Assembly (NCBI RefSeq): GCF_001263355.1
Contig: NZ_LGYO01000001.1
Location: 6,340-30,339, forward strand
Source: Acetobacterium bakii
GTDB lineage: Bacteria; Bacillota; Clostridia; Eubacteriales; Eubacteriaceae
Length of the DNA: 24,000 nucleotides
Direction: 5' to 3'
The notes under the pieces: generated by a model
What the model was told of the DNA's origin: nothing
Seen by the model: only the letters and a program-made list of their open reading frames with translations
Database searches by the model: none
Program-made: the position numbers and the translations under genes
Shown here: positions 1-9,214 of the stretch, in pieces
How the letters are laid out: every line of letters starts with the position of its first letter
Position numbering within the stretch: the first letter of the stretch is position 1

Positions 1-147
1 AAAACAATTTTTCCACTCTACGGCGGACACTCTGCGAGATGTTCGCCTCGACGTTACAAAATTGATTATATAAACCCACAGTGAAGCACTTCAGGCTTGT
101 TTATTATTTGCAATTGCTAATCATTTTATGATAAAAAAGGAGAAATA

Positions 148-1491
148 ATGTTACATAAATATCAGCTTAACGGACTTAATATAGTTTTGGATGTGGACAC
201 CAGCACGGTGCTGACGGTTGATGATTTGACCTATGGGCTGTTGGATATCTGTGAAAATAAATCGAGTGAGGAAATTCTTGTGCGGTTTGGAGGGGAATAT
301 CCCGCCGCTGACATTTTGGAAAGCCTGGAAGAGATTAAAGTGCTTAAAGCCCGGGGACTATTGTTCACCGAGGTGAAATATGTGCGGGAAAACTATGCCA
401 ATGAGGATCTAATCAAGGCTATCTGCCTCCATGTTGCCCATGACTGCAATCTCAAATGTGAGTATTGTTTTGCGGCCCAGGGGGATTTTGACGGTGAAAA
501 GCTGTTGATGCCTTTGGAAATCGGAAAAAAAGCCATTGATTTTATTATTGAACAATCAAAAAATCGCAAGAACCTGGAGCTGGATTTTTTTGGCGGTGAG
601 CCGCTGATGAATCTGGATGTGGTTAAAGCACTGGTGACTTACGGAAATGAAGCTGCCGCGAAAAACAACAAGATTTTTAAGTTCACCATGACCACCAACG
701 GTGTTTTGCTGAATCCGGAAACCATGGAGTATCTCAATGAAACTATGGATAATATTGTGCTGAGCCTGGATGGTCGTAAAGAAGTCAATGATAAAATGCG
801 AAAAACCGTCAATGACAAGGGTTCCTATGATGTGATCATCGACAATATTAAAAAAATGGCCACCATGCGCGGGGATAAGGATCATTATATCCGGGGGACT
901 TATACCAGCAATAATCTTGACTTTGCCAAAGATGTTCAGTTTTTAGCAGAGGAAGGGTTTAAGAGTATTTCGGTTGAGCCGGTGGTTGCGGATGCATCCA
1001 TGGATTACGCCCTTACGGAAGCGGACCTTCCGATTATTTTAAAAGAGTATGACGATTTAGCGTTAACCTATTTAAAACGTCATGAAGAGGGTCTTGATTA
1101 CAATTTTTTTCACTTCAATGTGGATCTGGATCACGGCCCCTGTGTTTACAAACGACTTTCCGGCTGCGGTGCGGGAAAAGATTACGTGGCGGTGACTCCG
1201 GAAGGTGATATTTATCCCTGCCACCAATTTGTCGGCAAAGAGGAATTCAAAATGGGCGATGTGTTCCATGGCATTACCAACGGCAATATCAAAAAAATCT
1301 TTGATGCGGGAAATCTGCTTGAAAAAGAAAAATGCCAGGAATGCTGGGCAAAATATTTCTGTGGCGGCGGCTGTCATGCCAATGCCTTTAACTTCAACGG
1401 AACGATTATGGAACCCCATCATGTCAGCTGTGAAATTGAGCGGCGACGGGTGGAAAATGCCATTATGATCTCCATCATGGAAGAAAACTAA
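148..1491 (+). CDS. Radical SAM/SPASM peptide maturase, SCIFF (thioether-forming) maturase type
   Basis: 447 aa ORF with SD ggag before ATG; radical SAM motif CNLKCEYC; SPASM cysteine motifs CGAGKDYVAVTPEGDIYPCHQF and CQECWAKYFCGGGCHANAF typical of the SCIFF/CteB-type maturase family. Confidence 0.88.
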   Translation: MLHKYQLNGLNIVLDVDTSTVLTVDDLTYGLLDICENKSSEEILVRFGGEYPAADILESLEEIKVLKARGLLFTEVKYVRENYANEDLIKAICLHVAHDCNLKCEYCFAAQGDFDGEKLLMPLEIGKKAIDFIIEQSKNRKNLELDFFGGEPLMNLDVVKALVTYGNEAAAKNNKIFKFTMTTNGVLLNPETMEYLNETMDNIVLSLDGRKEVNDKMRKTVNDKGSYDVIIDNIKKMATMRGDKDHYIRGTYTSNNLDFAKDVQFLAEEGFKSISVEPVVADASMDYALTEADLPIILKEYDDLALTYLKRHEEGLDYNFFHFNVDLDHGPCVYKRLSGCGAGKDYVAVTPEGDIYPCHQFVGKEEFKMGDVFHGITNGNIKKIFDAGNLLEKEKCQECWAKYFCGGGCHANAFNFNGTIMEPHHVSCEIERRRVENAIMISIMEEN

Positions 1492-1502
1492 AAGATAATC
1501 AA

Positions 1503-1550
1503 AACAATTGGCAAAGCAATCATCCACAAGAGATTGTTTTGACAATTGTT
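1503..1550. terminator. Strong inverted repeat (19-bp stem, 1 mismatch plus 1 G-U) between maturase and rho; possible terminator or attenuator without a U-tract
   Basis: aacaattggcaaagcaatc (1503-1521) pairs with gattgttttgacaattgtt (1532-1550); 10-nt loop. Confidence 0.45.
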
Positions 1551-1577
1551 GCAATTTATGGTACATTAAGACATAAT
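1549..1577 (+). promoter_or_regulatory. Candidate sigma-A promoter for rho
   Basis: TTGCAA (1549-1554), 17-nt spacer, CATAAT (1572-1577), ~110 nt upstream of the rho start. Confidence 0.4.
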
Positions 1578-1686
1578 ATTTTCTGAAATATTCATCATTA
1601 TTCAATCTACTTTATTTTCACATTCTGTTTTAGACATCTTTAATCTAAATTCAAATAAGAATAAAAAATATCCACGGAGGCAGGAA

Positions 1687-3372
1687 TTGGACAAAAAATC
1701 ATTGGAGAATTCAACCGTTGTTGAATTGCGTAAACAAGCGGAAACACTGGGAATTGAAAAAATCAGTCGTTTAAAAAAAGAGGAACTGATCGAAGCTATT
1801 GAAGAAAAACAAAAGGTCGAAAGCCCGGAAAGTGCTAAGCCTCTTGAAGCAAAATCCCTGGAACGAAAAACGGTTTCAGCCACTCATCAGCAGACGGGAT
1901 CTGGCGGCGGCGAAAACGGACGGTCACCCTATTATAAAATTAAAGATTCTATGGAGAATGTGGTGGTTGTGGAAGGAATTCTGGAAGTGCTTCCCGGAGG
2001 ATTTGGCTTTGTAAAAAACAAAGATATGAATTCCACTGAGGAGTTTGTCTATATTTCAGGTTCTCAAATTCAAAAATTCAAATTGGAAACCGGCGATGTG
2101 CTCAGCGGCAAGGTACGGCCACCTAAAACAGGGGAAAAATATTCGGCCATGCTTTTTCTGGAAAAGGTCAACGGCACCAAAACAGCGGATATTATCCAAA
2201 AAATCAACAGCATGCTCTATGTGGATGATAAAAAGGATCTGGAACGCTTTAAAACCTCCCAGGAAGGTATTCTGGATGTAAATCCTGATGGCTTTGGGTT
2301 TTTGCGAACGAATCATTATCTGTCCGGGGACAATGATATTTATGTGGCAGCTAACCAGATCCGCCGGTTTAATCTGCGGACCGGCGATAAAATCGTAGGC
2401 AAGATCAAACTATCCAGCGAAAGCGAAAAGTTTGATGCGCTGCTTTATGTTGAAACTGTGAATGGGGATATTCCGGAAAAAATAGCCAATCGTCCGAAAT
2501 TCGAACGGTTGACACCTATTTTCCCGGTGGAACGAATTACTCTGGAAACCAGTCGGGACGTAATTTCGACCCGGATGATCGATATCTTCTCGCCGGTGGG
2601 AAAAGGCCAGCGGGGTATGATTGTGGCTCCGCCAAAAGCCGGGAAGACTATTCTGCTGAAGGAAATTGCCACCGGGATTACCGAGAATCATCCGGAAATT
2701 GAATTGATCATCCTGCTGGTAGACGAACGTCCGGAAGAAGTTACGGATATGAAACGTTCCATTGATGCAGATATTGTTTATTCCACCTTTGATCAGCCAC
2801 CTGAAAATCATATTAAGGTGGCGGAAATTGTGCTTGAGCGCGGCAAACGCCTGGTAGAACAGGGGAAGGATGTGGTGATTCTGGTGGATAGTCTCACCCG
2901 TCTTACCCGGGGCAACAACCTGGTGGTGGCGCCGTCAGGGCGGACACTGTCCGGCGGCCTTGATCCCGAAGCCCTTTATTTCCCCAAGAAATTTTTTGGT
3001 TCAGCCCGAAAAATTGAAGAAGGTGGCAGTCTGACTATTTTAGCAACGGCGCTGGTTGATACCGGAAGCCGCATGGATGATATGATTTTTGAAGAATTCA
3101 AGGGTACCGGCAACATGGAACTGCATCTCGAACGTGAACTGGCCGAACGGCGGATTTATCCTGCCATTAATCTTAACCGTTCAGGAACACGTCGGGAGGA
3201 GATGCTGCTCACACCTCAGGAATTAAAGGTGAGTTTCGATATCCGTAAGTTGTACAAGGGAACTACGGTTTCAGATCTCACCGATAAGATTATCTCGATT
3301 CTGGAACGGACAAAAGACAACAAGGAATTTTTGAAAAAATTTATTGATAAATATAATGCACAAAATATTTGA
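1687..3372 (+). CDS. rho: Transcription termination factor Rho
   Basis: 561 aa; Rho N-terminal SAP-like helices, RNA-binding region ([16 protein letters not shown]), Walker [18 protein letters not shown], Walker [18 protein letters not shown] start with SD ggagg. Confidence 0.97.
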   Translation: MDKKSLENSTVVELRKQAETLGIEKISRLKKEELIEAIEEKQKVESPESAKPLEAKSLERKTVSATHQQTGSGGGENGRSPYYKIKDSMENVVVVEGILEVLPGGFGFVKNKDMNSTEEFVYISGSQIQKFKLETGDVLSGKVRPPKTGEKYSAMLFLEKVNGTKTADIIQKINSMLYVDDKKDLERFKTSQEGILDVNPDGFGFLRTNHYLSGDNDIYVAANQIRRFNLRTGDKIVGKIKLSSESEKFDALLYVETVNGDIPEKIANRPKFERLTPIFPVERITLETSRDVISTRMIDIFSPVGKGQRGMIVAPPKAGKTILLKEIATGITENHPEIELIILLVDERPEEVTDMKRSIDADIVYSTFDQPPENHIKVAEIVLERGKRLVEQGKDVVILVDSLTRLTRGNNLVVAPSGRTLSGGLDPEALYFPKKFFGSARKIEEGGSLTILATALVDTGSRMDDMIFEEFKGTGNMELHLERELAERRIYPAINLNRSGTRREEMLLTPQELKVSFDIRKLYKGTTVSDLTDKIISILERTKDNKEFLKKFIDKYNAQNI

Positions 3373-3455
3373 TCTTTTAAGAAATCTTTGATATAATAGC
3401 TCAGTTGATAAAATAACAAAGCCCTATAAAATAAAGAAGAAGCGAGGTGAATTCG

Positions 3456-3668
3456 ATGAAAGAAGGCATTCATCCTAATTACAAAAAATCAATAGTTAAA
3501 TGTGCATGTGGAAATACTTTTGAAACTGGTTCAGTTAAACCTGAATTAAAAGTAGAAATTTGTTCCGCCTGTCATCCATTTTTTACAGGAAAACAAAAAC
3601 TTATTGATACCGGTGGTCGTGTTGATCGATTTAACAAAAGATTCAATAAAAGCGATTCAGAAGAATAA
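3456..3668 (+). CDS. rpmE: 50S ribosomal protein L31 (zinc-binding CxxC form)
   Basis: [63 protein letters not shown]; ATG at 3456 preferred over GTG at 3447 because of SD gaggtg. Confidence 0.96.
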   Translation: MKEGIHPNYKKSIVKCACGNTFETGSVKPELKVEICSACHPFFTGKQKLIDTGGRVDRFNKRFNKSDSEE

Positions 3669-3670
3669 CA

Positions 3671-3700
3671 AAAAAAGTCGGTTCTTGCAACCGGCTTTTT
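3671..3700 (+). terminator. Rho-independent terminator after rpmE
   Basis: aaaaagtcggtt-cttgc-aaccggctttttt hairpin with T-tract. Confidence 0.9.
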
Positions 3701-3866
3701 TCTTGCGCGAAAGCAACGAGCCCGGTGAGTGCAGACACTTATTTGGCTATCCCTCGGGAAGTAGTCAGAAAGTTGAATCGCAGTTTGATGCTTTAAATTT
3801 GGGGAAATAATTGTTTCAACAAACAATTAGGATATAAAATAAACTATTAAATATCGGGGTAAACCT

Positions 3867-4730
3867 ATGGATGTAAAGGAAATTTTAGATTTTGGGACAA
3901 CTATTCTGAAAAAGGCTGGCGTTGAAAATCCCAGACTGGAAGCGGAAATACTGCTAAGTTATATTTTGGATTGCGATCGCGTTTATTTTTATGCGCATCC
4001 CCAGGAAAAGGTGGATCAGCTTCAAAAAGAGGCCTATTTAAAGGGGCTTGTACGACGGTGTGAAAATGAACCGATGGCATATATTTTCGGTAAAAAGGAA
4101 TTTATGGGAATGAGCTTTGAAGTGAGTCCTGATGTTCTCATTCCCCGGCCGGATACCGAGCCCATGGTGGAATATCTGATTCAACGGCTGACGAATGATT
4201 ACCCAAAGGGTGCCAAGATCTTTGATCTCTGTACCGGCAGTGGGGCCATTGGCATCGCTCTGAAAAAATTTTATCCCCAGGGTGAGATTGCCCTGGGGGA
4301 TATTTCAACAGAAGCGCTAAGGGTTGCCGGGGCTAATGCAAAGCAACTGGTTAAAGGGGCGGTCACCCTTTATCAGGGAGATTTATTTGCGGCACTGCCA
4401 AAGGATGAAAAATTCGATGTCATTGTGTCAAATCCTCCTTATATAAAAAGGATGGATATGCAGGCTCTGGCACCGGATATTTTAAACTATGAGCCCCATT
4501 TAGCACTGGATGGCGGTAGTTCGGGACTGGATTTTTACGAGCGGATCATTGCTGAAGCCAGGGATTATCTCAAAACGCCAGGGATTTTAGCCCTGGAAAT
4601 CGGGGATGACCAGGAAGTGTCGGTTATTGATCTGCTGGTAAAACATGGCTATGCCAATATCGAAAAGCATTATGATCTTGGCAGTCATGTACGATGTCTT
4701 GTTGGAGAACATATAGAAAAGAAATCATAA
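3867..4730 (+). CDS. prmC: Peptide chain release factor N(5)-glutamine methyltransferase
   Basis: PrmC N-terminal region, SAM-binding FDLCTGSGAIGIAL and catalytic NPPY (SNPPYIKRMD). Confidence 0.95.
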   Translation: MDVKEILDFGTTILKKAGVENPRLEAEILLSYILDCDRVYFYAHPQEKVDQLQKEAYLKGLVRRCENEPMAYIFGKKEFMGMSFEVSPDVLIPRPDTEPMVEYLIQRLTNDYPKGAKIFDLCTGSGAIGIALKKFYPQGEIALGDISTEALRVAGANAKQLVKGAVTLYQGDLFAALPKDEKFDVIVSNPPYIKRMDMQALAPDILNYEPHLALDGGSSGLDFYERIIAEARDYLKTPGILALEIGDDQEVSVIDLLVKHGYANIEKHYDLGSHVRCLVGEHIEKKS

Positions 4731-4823
4731 TTCATAAATACTGATGACGCATAAAGAAAATTGTGATAAAATAGAAAAATAAATATTTATAGATAGAAAA
4801 CAAACCCATAGCGGAGGTATAAT

Positions 4824-5381
4824 ATGGTATCAGCAGGTGATTTCAAAAAAGGTGTAACCTTTGAAATGGATGGCAATGTATTTAGCATTATCGAATTTCA
4901 ACATGTTAAGCCAGGAAAAGGCGCAGCCTTTGTACGTACCAAGATTAGAAATGTAAGATCGGGAGCTGTGGTTGAAAAAACATTCAACCCTACAGAAAGA
5001 TATCCCAAAGCCCAGGTTGAAACCAGAGAAATGCAATATCTCTATGAAGATGGCGGTCTGTACTATTTTATGGATGGGGAAACCTTTGAGCAAATACCTT
5101 TAAATTTCGAACAGGTTGAAGAAGCATTGAAATATTTGAAAGAAAATGATAATGCCACCGTTCGTTCATTAAAAGGCATTGCATTTTCAGTGGTTGCACC
5201 AAATTTTGTTGAATTGGAAATTGTTAAAACAGATCCAGGATTTAAAGGCGATACCGCTACCGGCGCCAATAAACCTGCAACTGTGGAAACAGGTGCTGTC
5301 ATTACTGTTCCTCTCTTTGTTGAACAGGGTGATGTCATTAGAATTGACACACGTACCGGAGAGTACATGGAAAGGGTATAA
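4824..5381 (+). CDS. efp: Elongation factor P
   Basis: [47 protein letters not shown]..., C-terminal [14 protein letters not shown]; strong SD gcggagg. Confidence 0.97.
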   Translation: MVSAGDFKKGVTFEMDGNVFSIIEFQHVKPGKGAAFVRTKIRNVRSGAVVEKTFNPTERYPKAQVETREMQYLYEDGGLYYFMDGETFEQIPLNFEQVEEALKYLKENDNATVRSLKGIAFSVVAPNFVELEIVKTDPGFKGDTATGANKPATVETGAVITVPLFVEQGDVIRIDTRTGEYMERV

Positions 5382-5383
5382 AA

Positions 5384-5824
5384 ATGAAATATATTAATGA
5401 AAAAGTATTTTACACCAAGGGGCTTATGGATGGTTTGGATTTGGACAAAGGTTCAAATGAAGGCAAGATTTTAGTCCAGGTATTGGATATCCTTGAAGAC
5501 ATTGTAGATGCCTTAGATGGCTTAACCGAAGCTCAGGAAGAACTGGAAGCCTATGTTGAAATGGTTGATGACGATCTGACTGATTTAGAAGAATTCATTC
5601 TCGATGAAGACGGTCTTTTAGAAGACGATGATGAAGAATTTGAATTCGACGATGAAGATTTTTACGAAGTTGTCTGCCCGGAATGTGGGAATGTCTATAT
5701 TACTGAGTTTGATGCTTTTGAAAAGAATGCTGTTATCTGTCCTGAATGTGGGGAACCGTTTCGTCTGGAAGAAGAAATCTCCTGCTGTGGCGAAGACGGT
5801 TGTGACTGCCATCAGGAAGTATAA
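5384..5824 (+). CDS. CD1247 N-terminal domain-containing protein with acidic linker and zinc ribbon
   Basis: 146 aa: helical N-terminus, long Asp/Glu-rich linker, then CPECGN...CPECGE...CC...CDC; placed directly after efp. Confidence 0.7.
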   Translation: MKYINEKVFYTKGLMDGLDLDKGSNEGKILVQVLDILEDIVDALDGLTEAQEELEAYVEMVDDDLTDLEEFILDEDGLLEDDDEEFEFDDEDFYEVVCPECGNVYITEFDAFEKNAVICPECGEPFRLEEEISCCGEDGCDCHQEV

Positions 5825-5843
5825 TGATTTATGGTAGAATAAA

Positions 5844-6188
5844 ATGAAAAAAGAAACCAGAAACAGCCAGTATCCGGAGATTTCGGATGAAATGGTCTAC
5901 TCTATTGTTAGCTTAGCGGCAACAGGAGTTGATGGTGTTGAACGGATGTCATTGAGAATAACCGATGAGATCATCGAGAAATTTTCGATAACGCCCACTG
6001 TAAAGGGCGTAAAGATCAGCCATGAGCCCGAAGGGCTTTTGGTTGGGGTTTACTTAATTACCGCAGCCGGAGTTGATATTGTCAAAGTTTCTAAAGAAGT
6101 CCAGGCAAAAATCAAAGAATCGGTTGAATCCATGACAGGCCTGGAAATTGCCGCGGTTAATGTAAGAATCGAAGGTTCAGGTATTTAA
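5844..6188 (+). CDS. Asp23/Gls24 family envelope stress response protein
   Basis: YPEISDEMVYSIVSLAATGVDGVERM... GVYLITAAGVDIVKVSKEVQAKIKESVESMTGLEIAAVNVRIEG matches family features; typical position before nusB. Confidence 0.88.
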   Translation: MKKETRNSQYPEISDEMVYSIVSLAATGVDGVERMSLRITDEIIEKFSITPTVKGVKISHEPEGLLVGVYLITAAGVDIVKVSKEVQAKIKESVESMTGLEIAAVNVRIEGSGI

Positions 6189-6215
6189 GGACTCTTTCAA
6201 AAAAATTACAGGACA

Positions 6216-6341
6216 GGGGCTGTTGCAAAATAAAAAAGAACCGCATGATGGTTTTTTTGAATCTAGCTAAGCACCCGTTTATGCAAGGCTTTCATGAATG
6301 TCTTGCATACGGATGCTTAATCAGAGTTTTGTAACAGTCTC
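6216..6341. mobile_element. MITE-like small inverted-repeat element (~126 bp) with internal hairpins
   Basis: Terminal inverted repeats ggggctgttgcaaaa (6216-6230) and ttttgtaacagtctc (6327-6341), fully pairable when G-U is allowed; internal hairpin 6268-6319 (taagcacccgtttatgcaag / cttgcatacggatgctta) and a second at 6232-6258. The TIR resembles GGnnCTGTTGCAAA-type insertion sequence ends. Confidence 0.55.
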
Positions 6342-6415
6342 TTTTTGAAGTTTTGAATAAAGACATTTTTTCTAATTAACTTCATGAAATATACACGAAA
6401 AAAGAAGGAGAACGC

Positions 6416-6832
6416 ATGAGTCGAAAAAAAGAAAGGGAAAGTGCCCTGAAGGGTGTGTTCCAATTAGACTTTCATAATGAATCCGGGGATTTTAAAGAAA
6501 GCGTTGCTTATTTTTTAGAAGATAGTGAACTGGATCTTGGTTACGGGAAAACCTTGATTGAAACCACTGAGGAACATCTTTCAGAAATTGATGACATTTT
6601 AAATGATTACTTAAAGAGTACCTGGAAAATTGATCGCATCCCCAAGATAGAAAAATCAATCCTGCGGCTGGCCATCTGTGAGCTTATGTTTATGGAAGAA
6701 AAGACCCCATTTGAGGTTGTCATCAATGAAGCCATTGAGCTTACCAAATTGTATGGGGATGAGGATGGTAAAAATTACGTCAATGGTATTCTAAATAAGA
6801 TTGTCAAGGATGGACTCAATGAGTGCCCTTAG
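6416..6832 (+). CDS. nusB: Transcription antitermination factor NusB
   Basis: 138 aa; C-terminal IPKIEKSILRLAICELMFMEEKTPFEVVINEAIELTKLYGDEDGKNYVNGILNKI typical of NusB. Confidence 0.95.
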   Translation: MSRKKERESALKGVFQLDFHNESGDFKESVAYFLEDSELDLGYGKTLIETTEEHLSEIDDILNDYLKSTWKIDRIPKIEKSILRLAICELMFMEEKTPFEVVINEAIELTKLYGDEDGKNYVNGILNKIVKDGLNECP

Positions 6833-7802
6833 TCTGGGAATTGATACCAGTAATTACACCACTTCGGTTGCCCTGGTGGATCAAAACGAAACAGTTATTT
6901 ATAACCAGGGTATCCTATTGGAAGTGAAGTCCGGAGAAAGAGGGCTTCGCCAATCGGATGCTCTTTTTCAGCATGTCAATAATTTGCCCCTTCTTTTAAA
7001 AGACCTGCCCCGAGGCCGGGAAATTGAAGTTGTATGTTTTTCGGACCGACCACGGCCATTACCTGATTCTTATATGCCTGTTTTCCGAGCCGGGAAATCC
7101 CTTGGCCAATCTCTGGCCGGCGTTTTAGATGCCGATTTAGTGACGGTCAGCCACCAGGAAAATCATCTTCGGGCCGCCATTTTCGGAAGTGGTTCGCCAG
7201 TCCTTAAGGATCCTTTTTGTGCGGTTCATTTCTCCGGGGGAACTTCTGAAATCCTTTTGGCAACTAGGGAAGGCATCGGTTTTCGCTGCGAAATCATGGC
7301 CAAAACACTGGATCTCAACGCCGGTCAACTCATTGATCGGATCGGGGTCCTGCTGGGATGTGCTTTTCCCGCCGGGAAGGCATTGGAAGTGCTGGCGCAA
7401 AAAGCCATCGATCATGATCAGGGGAAACACTGTATTATTCCATCGACAATGGATGGTATGAATTTCCATTTTTCCGGTCAGGAAAACCAGGCCAAAGAGT
7501 ATTTAAATAAAGGGGTGGATCCCAGCGAGGTGGCCTACAGTCTGCTCAAGGCCATTGCTAAAACCCTGTCAAAATCCATCTCCCGCTGCAGAGAAACCCA
7601 ATCCTTTCAGTCTGTTTTATTTTCCGGAGGAGTGATGTCGAATCAGATTATAAAAAGCATTCTCCTCAAGGAACTGGGAAGATCCGGATTAGCCCTTCAT
7701 TTTTCACCAGGTATTTATGCCCGGGATAATGCCCTGGGCAATGCCTTGCTGGGAATGGATCATTATAAAATTACAGGAGGCAGTCTCCATGAAAAATCCT
7801 AG
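6819..7802 (+). CDS. Kae1/TsaD-like (peptidase M22-family) protein
   Basis: LGIDTSNYTTSVALVD, SHQENHLRAA, HFSGGTSEIL, VLFSGGVMSN motifs of the ASKHA Kae1-like fold; ATG at 6819 overlaps the nusB stop. Not the canonical tsaD but the paralogue usually next to nusB/xseA. Confidence 0.82.
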   Translation: MSALSLGIDTSNYTTSVALVDQNETVIYNQGILLEVKSGERGLRQSDALFQHVNNLPLLLKDLPRGREIEVVCFSDRPRPLPDSYMPVFRAGKSLGQSLAGVLDADLVTVSHQENHLRAAIFGSGSPVLKDPFCAVHFSGGTSEILLATREGIGFRCEIMAKTLDLNAGQLIDRIGVLLGCAFPAGKALEVLAQKAIDHDQGKHCIIPSTMDGMNFHFSGQENQAKEYLNKGVDPSEVAYSLLKAIAKTLSKSISRCRETQSFQSVLFSGGVMSNQIIKSILLKELGRSGLALHFSPGIYARDNALGNALLGMDHYKITGGSLHEKS

Positions 7803-8997
7803 AATCTTAAGTGTTACCGAGGTAAATCAGTTTCTTAAAACTTTATTGGAAAGCAACAGTCTTTTAAAAAATCTGGTGATCCAGGGAGAATTGTCCAATG
7901 TTAAACGGGCGGCTTCGGGACATCTTTATTTTTCGTTAAAGGATCCAGCCAGCAAAATTGACTGTGTAATGTTTAAAAACGCGGCCATGGGTATTAAATT
8001 TGTACCAAAAGAGGGGCTGAAGGTCACCCTTCGGGGCAGCCTTGGGGTTTACCCGCCCAGCGGTCAATACCAGATTACGGTACGTTCCATGGAACCCCAG
8101 GGACAGGGGGATTTGTATCAGGCCTATCTGGCCTTAAAAGGTGACCTTGAGAAGAAGGGCTATTTTGATCCCGAGCACAAAAAAAAGCTGCCGGTTACCA
8201 TCAGCCGGGTGGGCATTGTCACGTCGCCAACCGGTGCGGCGGTTGAGGATATGATTTCCATTATTAAACGAAGAAATCCGATGATGGATATTGTGCTTTA
8301 TCCCAGTCTGGTCCAGGGTGAGGCGGCAGCGGCCAATATTATTGCCGGGATTAAGGCATTTAATGCTTTAAAGACAGTTGATGTTATTATTATTGGTCGC
8401 GGCGGCGGTTCCATTGAAGATCTCTGGGCATTTAATGATGAAAACCTGGCCCGGATAATTTTTGAATCCGAACTGCCCATTGTTTCGGCGGTGGGCCATG
8501 AAATTGACTTTACTATCGCCGATTTTGTTGCTGATCTGCGTGCCCCCACTCCCTCTGGCGCGGCAGAGTTGGTGGCAGAGGAAACCAGAAATCTGATCCA
8601 GAGTCTGGATCAGGTGAAAAACCGGATGATCCAGGCCATGAAGATCCAGATCAATCAAAATCGGGAAGTCCTCTTTAGGCTCAATAAGGATCTTTTGCGT
8701 TTTCACCCCCGGCAGCGAATTGATGAAATACGCATCAGTCTGGATGTTGTCCAGGAAAAGATGCTGCGTTCAATGAAGGTCATGATCAAAGACAACCGGC
8801 AACAGCTTAAACACCTGGAAGCCAGGCTTGACGCGGTTAACCCCACCAATGTTCTTAAGCGCGGGTATGTACTGGTGACTGACGGCAAGGGCATACCCAT
8901 TGGAACTGTTAAGGACCTTGCGCCTGACCAATCCCTGAGCCTACGCTTTAAGGATGGTTTGGTTTCGGTACGAATTGAATCGATAAAGGAGAATTAA
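7789..8997 (+). CDS. xseA: Exodeoxyribonuclease VII large subunit
   Basis: ILSVTEVNQFLKTLLESNSLLKNLVIQGELSNVKRAASGHLYFSLKD..., VDVIIIGRGGGSIEDLWAFNDE; ATG at 7789 with SD aggagg chosen over the ORF-track start. Confidence 0.96.
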   Translation: MKNPRILSVTEVNQFLKTLLESNSLLKNLVIQGELSNVKRAASGHLYFSLKDPASKIDCVMFKNAAMGIKFVPKEGLKVTLRGSLGVYPPSGQYQITVRSMEPQGQGDLYQAYLALKGDLEKKGYFDPEHKKKLPVTISRVGIVTSPTGAAVEDMISIIKRRNPMMDIVLYPSLVQGEAAAANIIAGIKAFNALKTVDVIIIGRGGGSIEDLWAFNDENLARIIFESELPIVSAVGHEIDFTIADFVADLRAPTPSGAAELVAEETRNLIQSLDQVKNRMIQAMKIQINQNREVLFRLNKDLLRFHPRQRIDEIRISLDVVQEKMLRSMKVMIKDNRQQLKHLEARLDAVNPTNVLKRGYVLVTDGKGIPIGTVKDLAPDQSLSLRFKDGLVSVRIESIKEN

Positions 8998-8998
8998 A

Positions 8999-9214
8999 AT
9001 GGCAGTAAAAAAATTAAAGGCAAAATTAAGTCGACTGGAAGAAATTGCTTTGATTCTCGAAGGTGAAAATCAGGAAATTGAAGCATCCATTAAGTTGTTT
9101 GAAGAGGGCATGAAACTCGTTAAAGAATGTACCGGAGATTTGGATTCCCTGGAAGGAAAAATTCTTGTTCTGATTGATGGTGAGGAAAAAGATTTTGAAG
9201 GGAGAATTAGCTAG
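8999..9214 (+). CDS. xseB: Exodeoxyribonuclease VII small subunit
   Basis: 71 aa: KLSRLEEIALILEGENQEIEASIKLFEEGMKLVKECTGDLDSLEGKI; immediately after xseA. Confidence 0.93.
   Translation: MAVKKLKAKLSRLEEIALILEGENQEIEASIKLFEEGMKLVKECTGDLDSLEGKILVLIDGEEKDFEGRIS

Noticed and set aside
3604-3810. 68-aa ORF spanning the rpmE 3' end and its terminator
   Set aside because: Out of frame with rpmE and runs through a terminator hairpin; considered non-coding.
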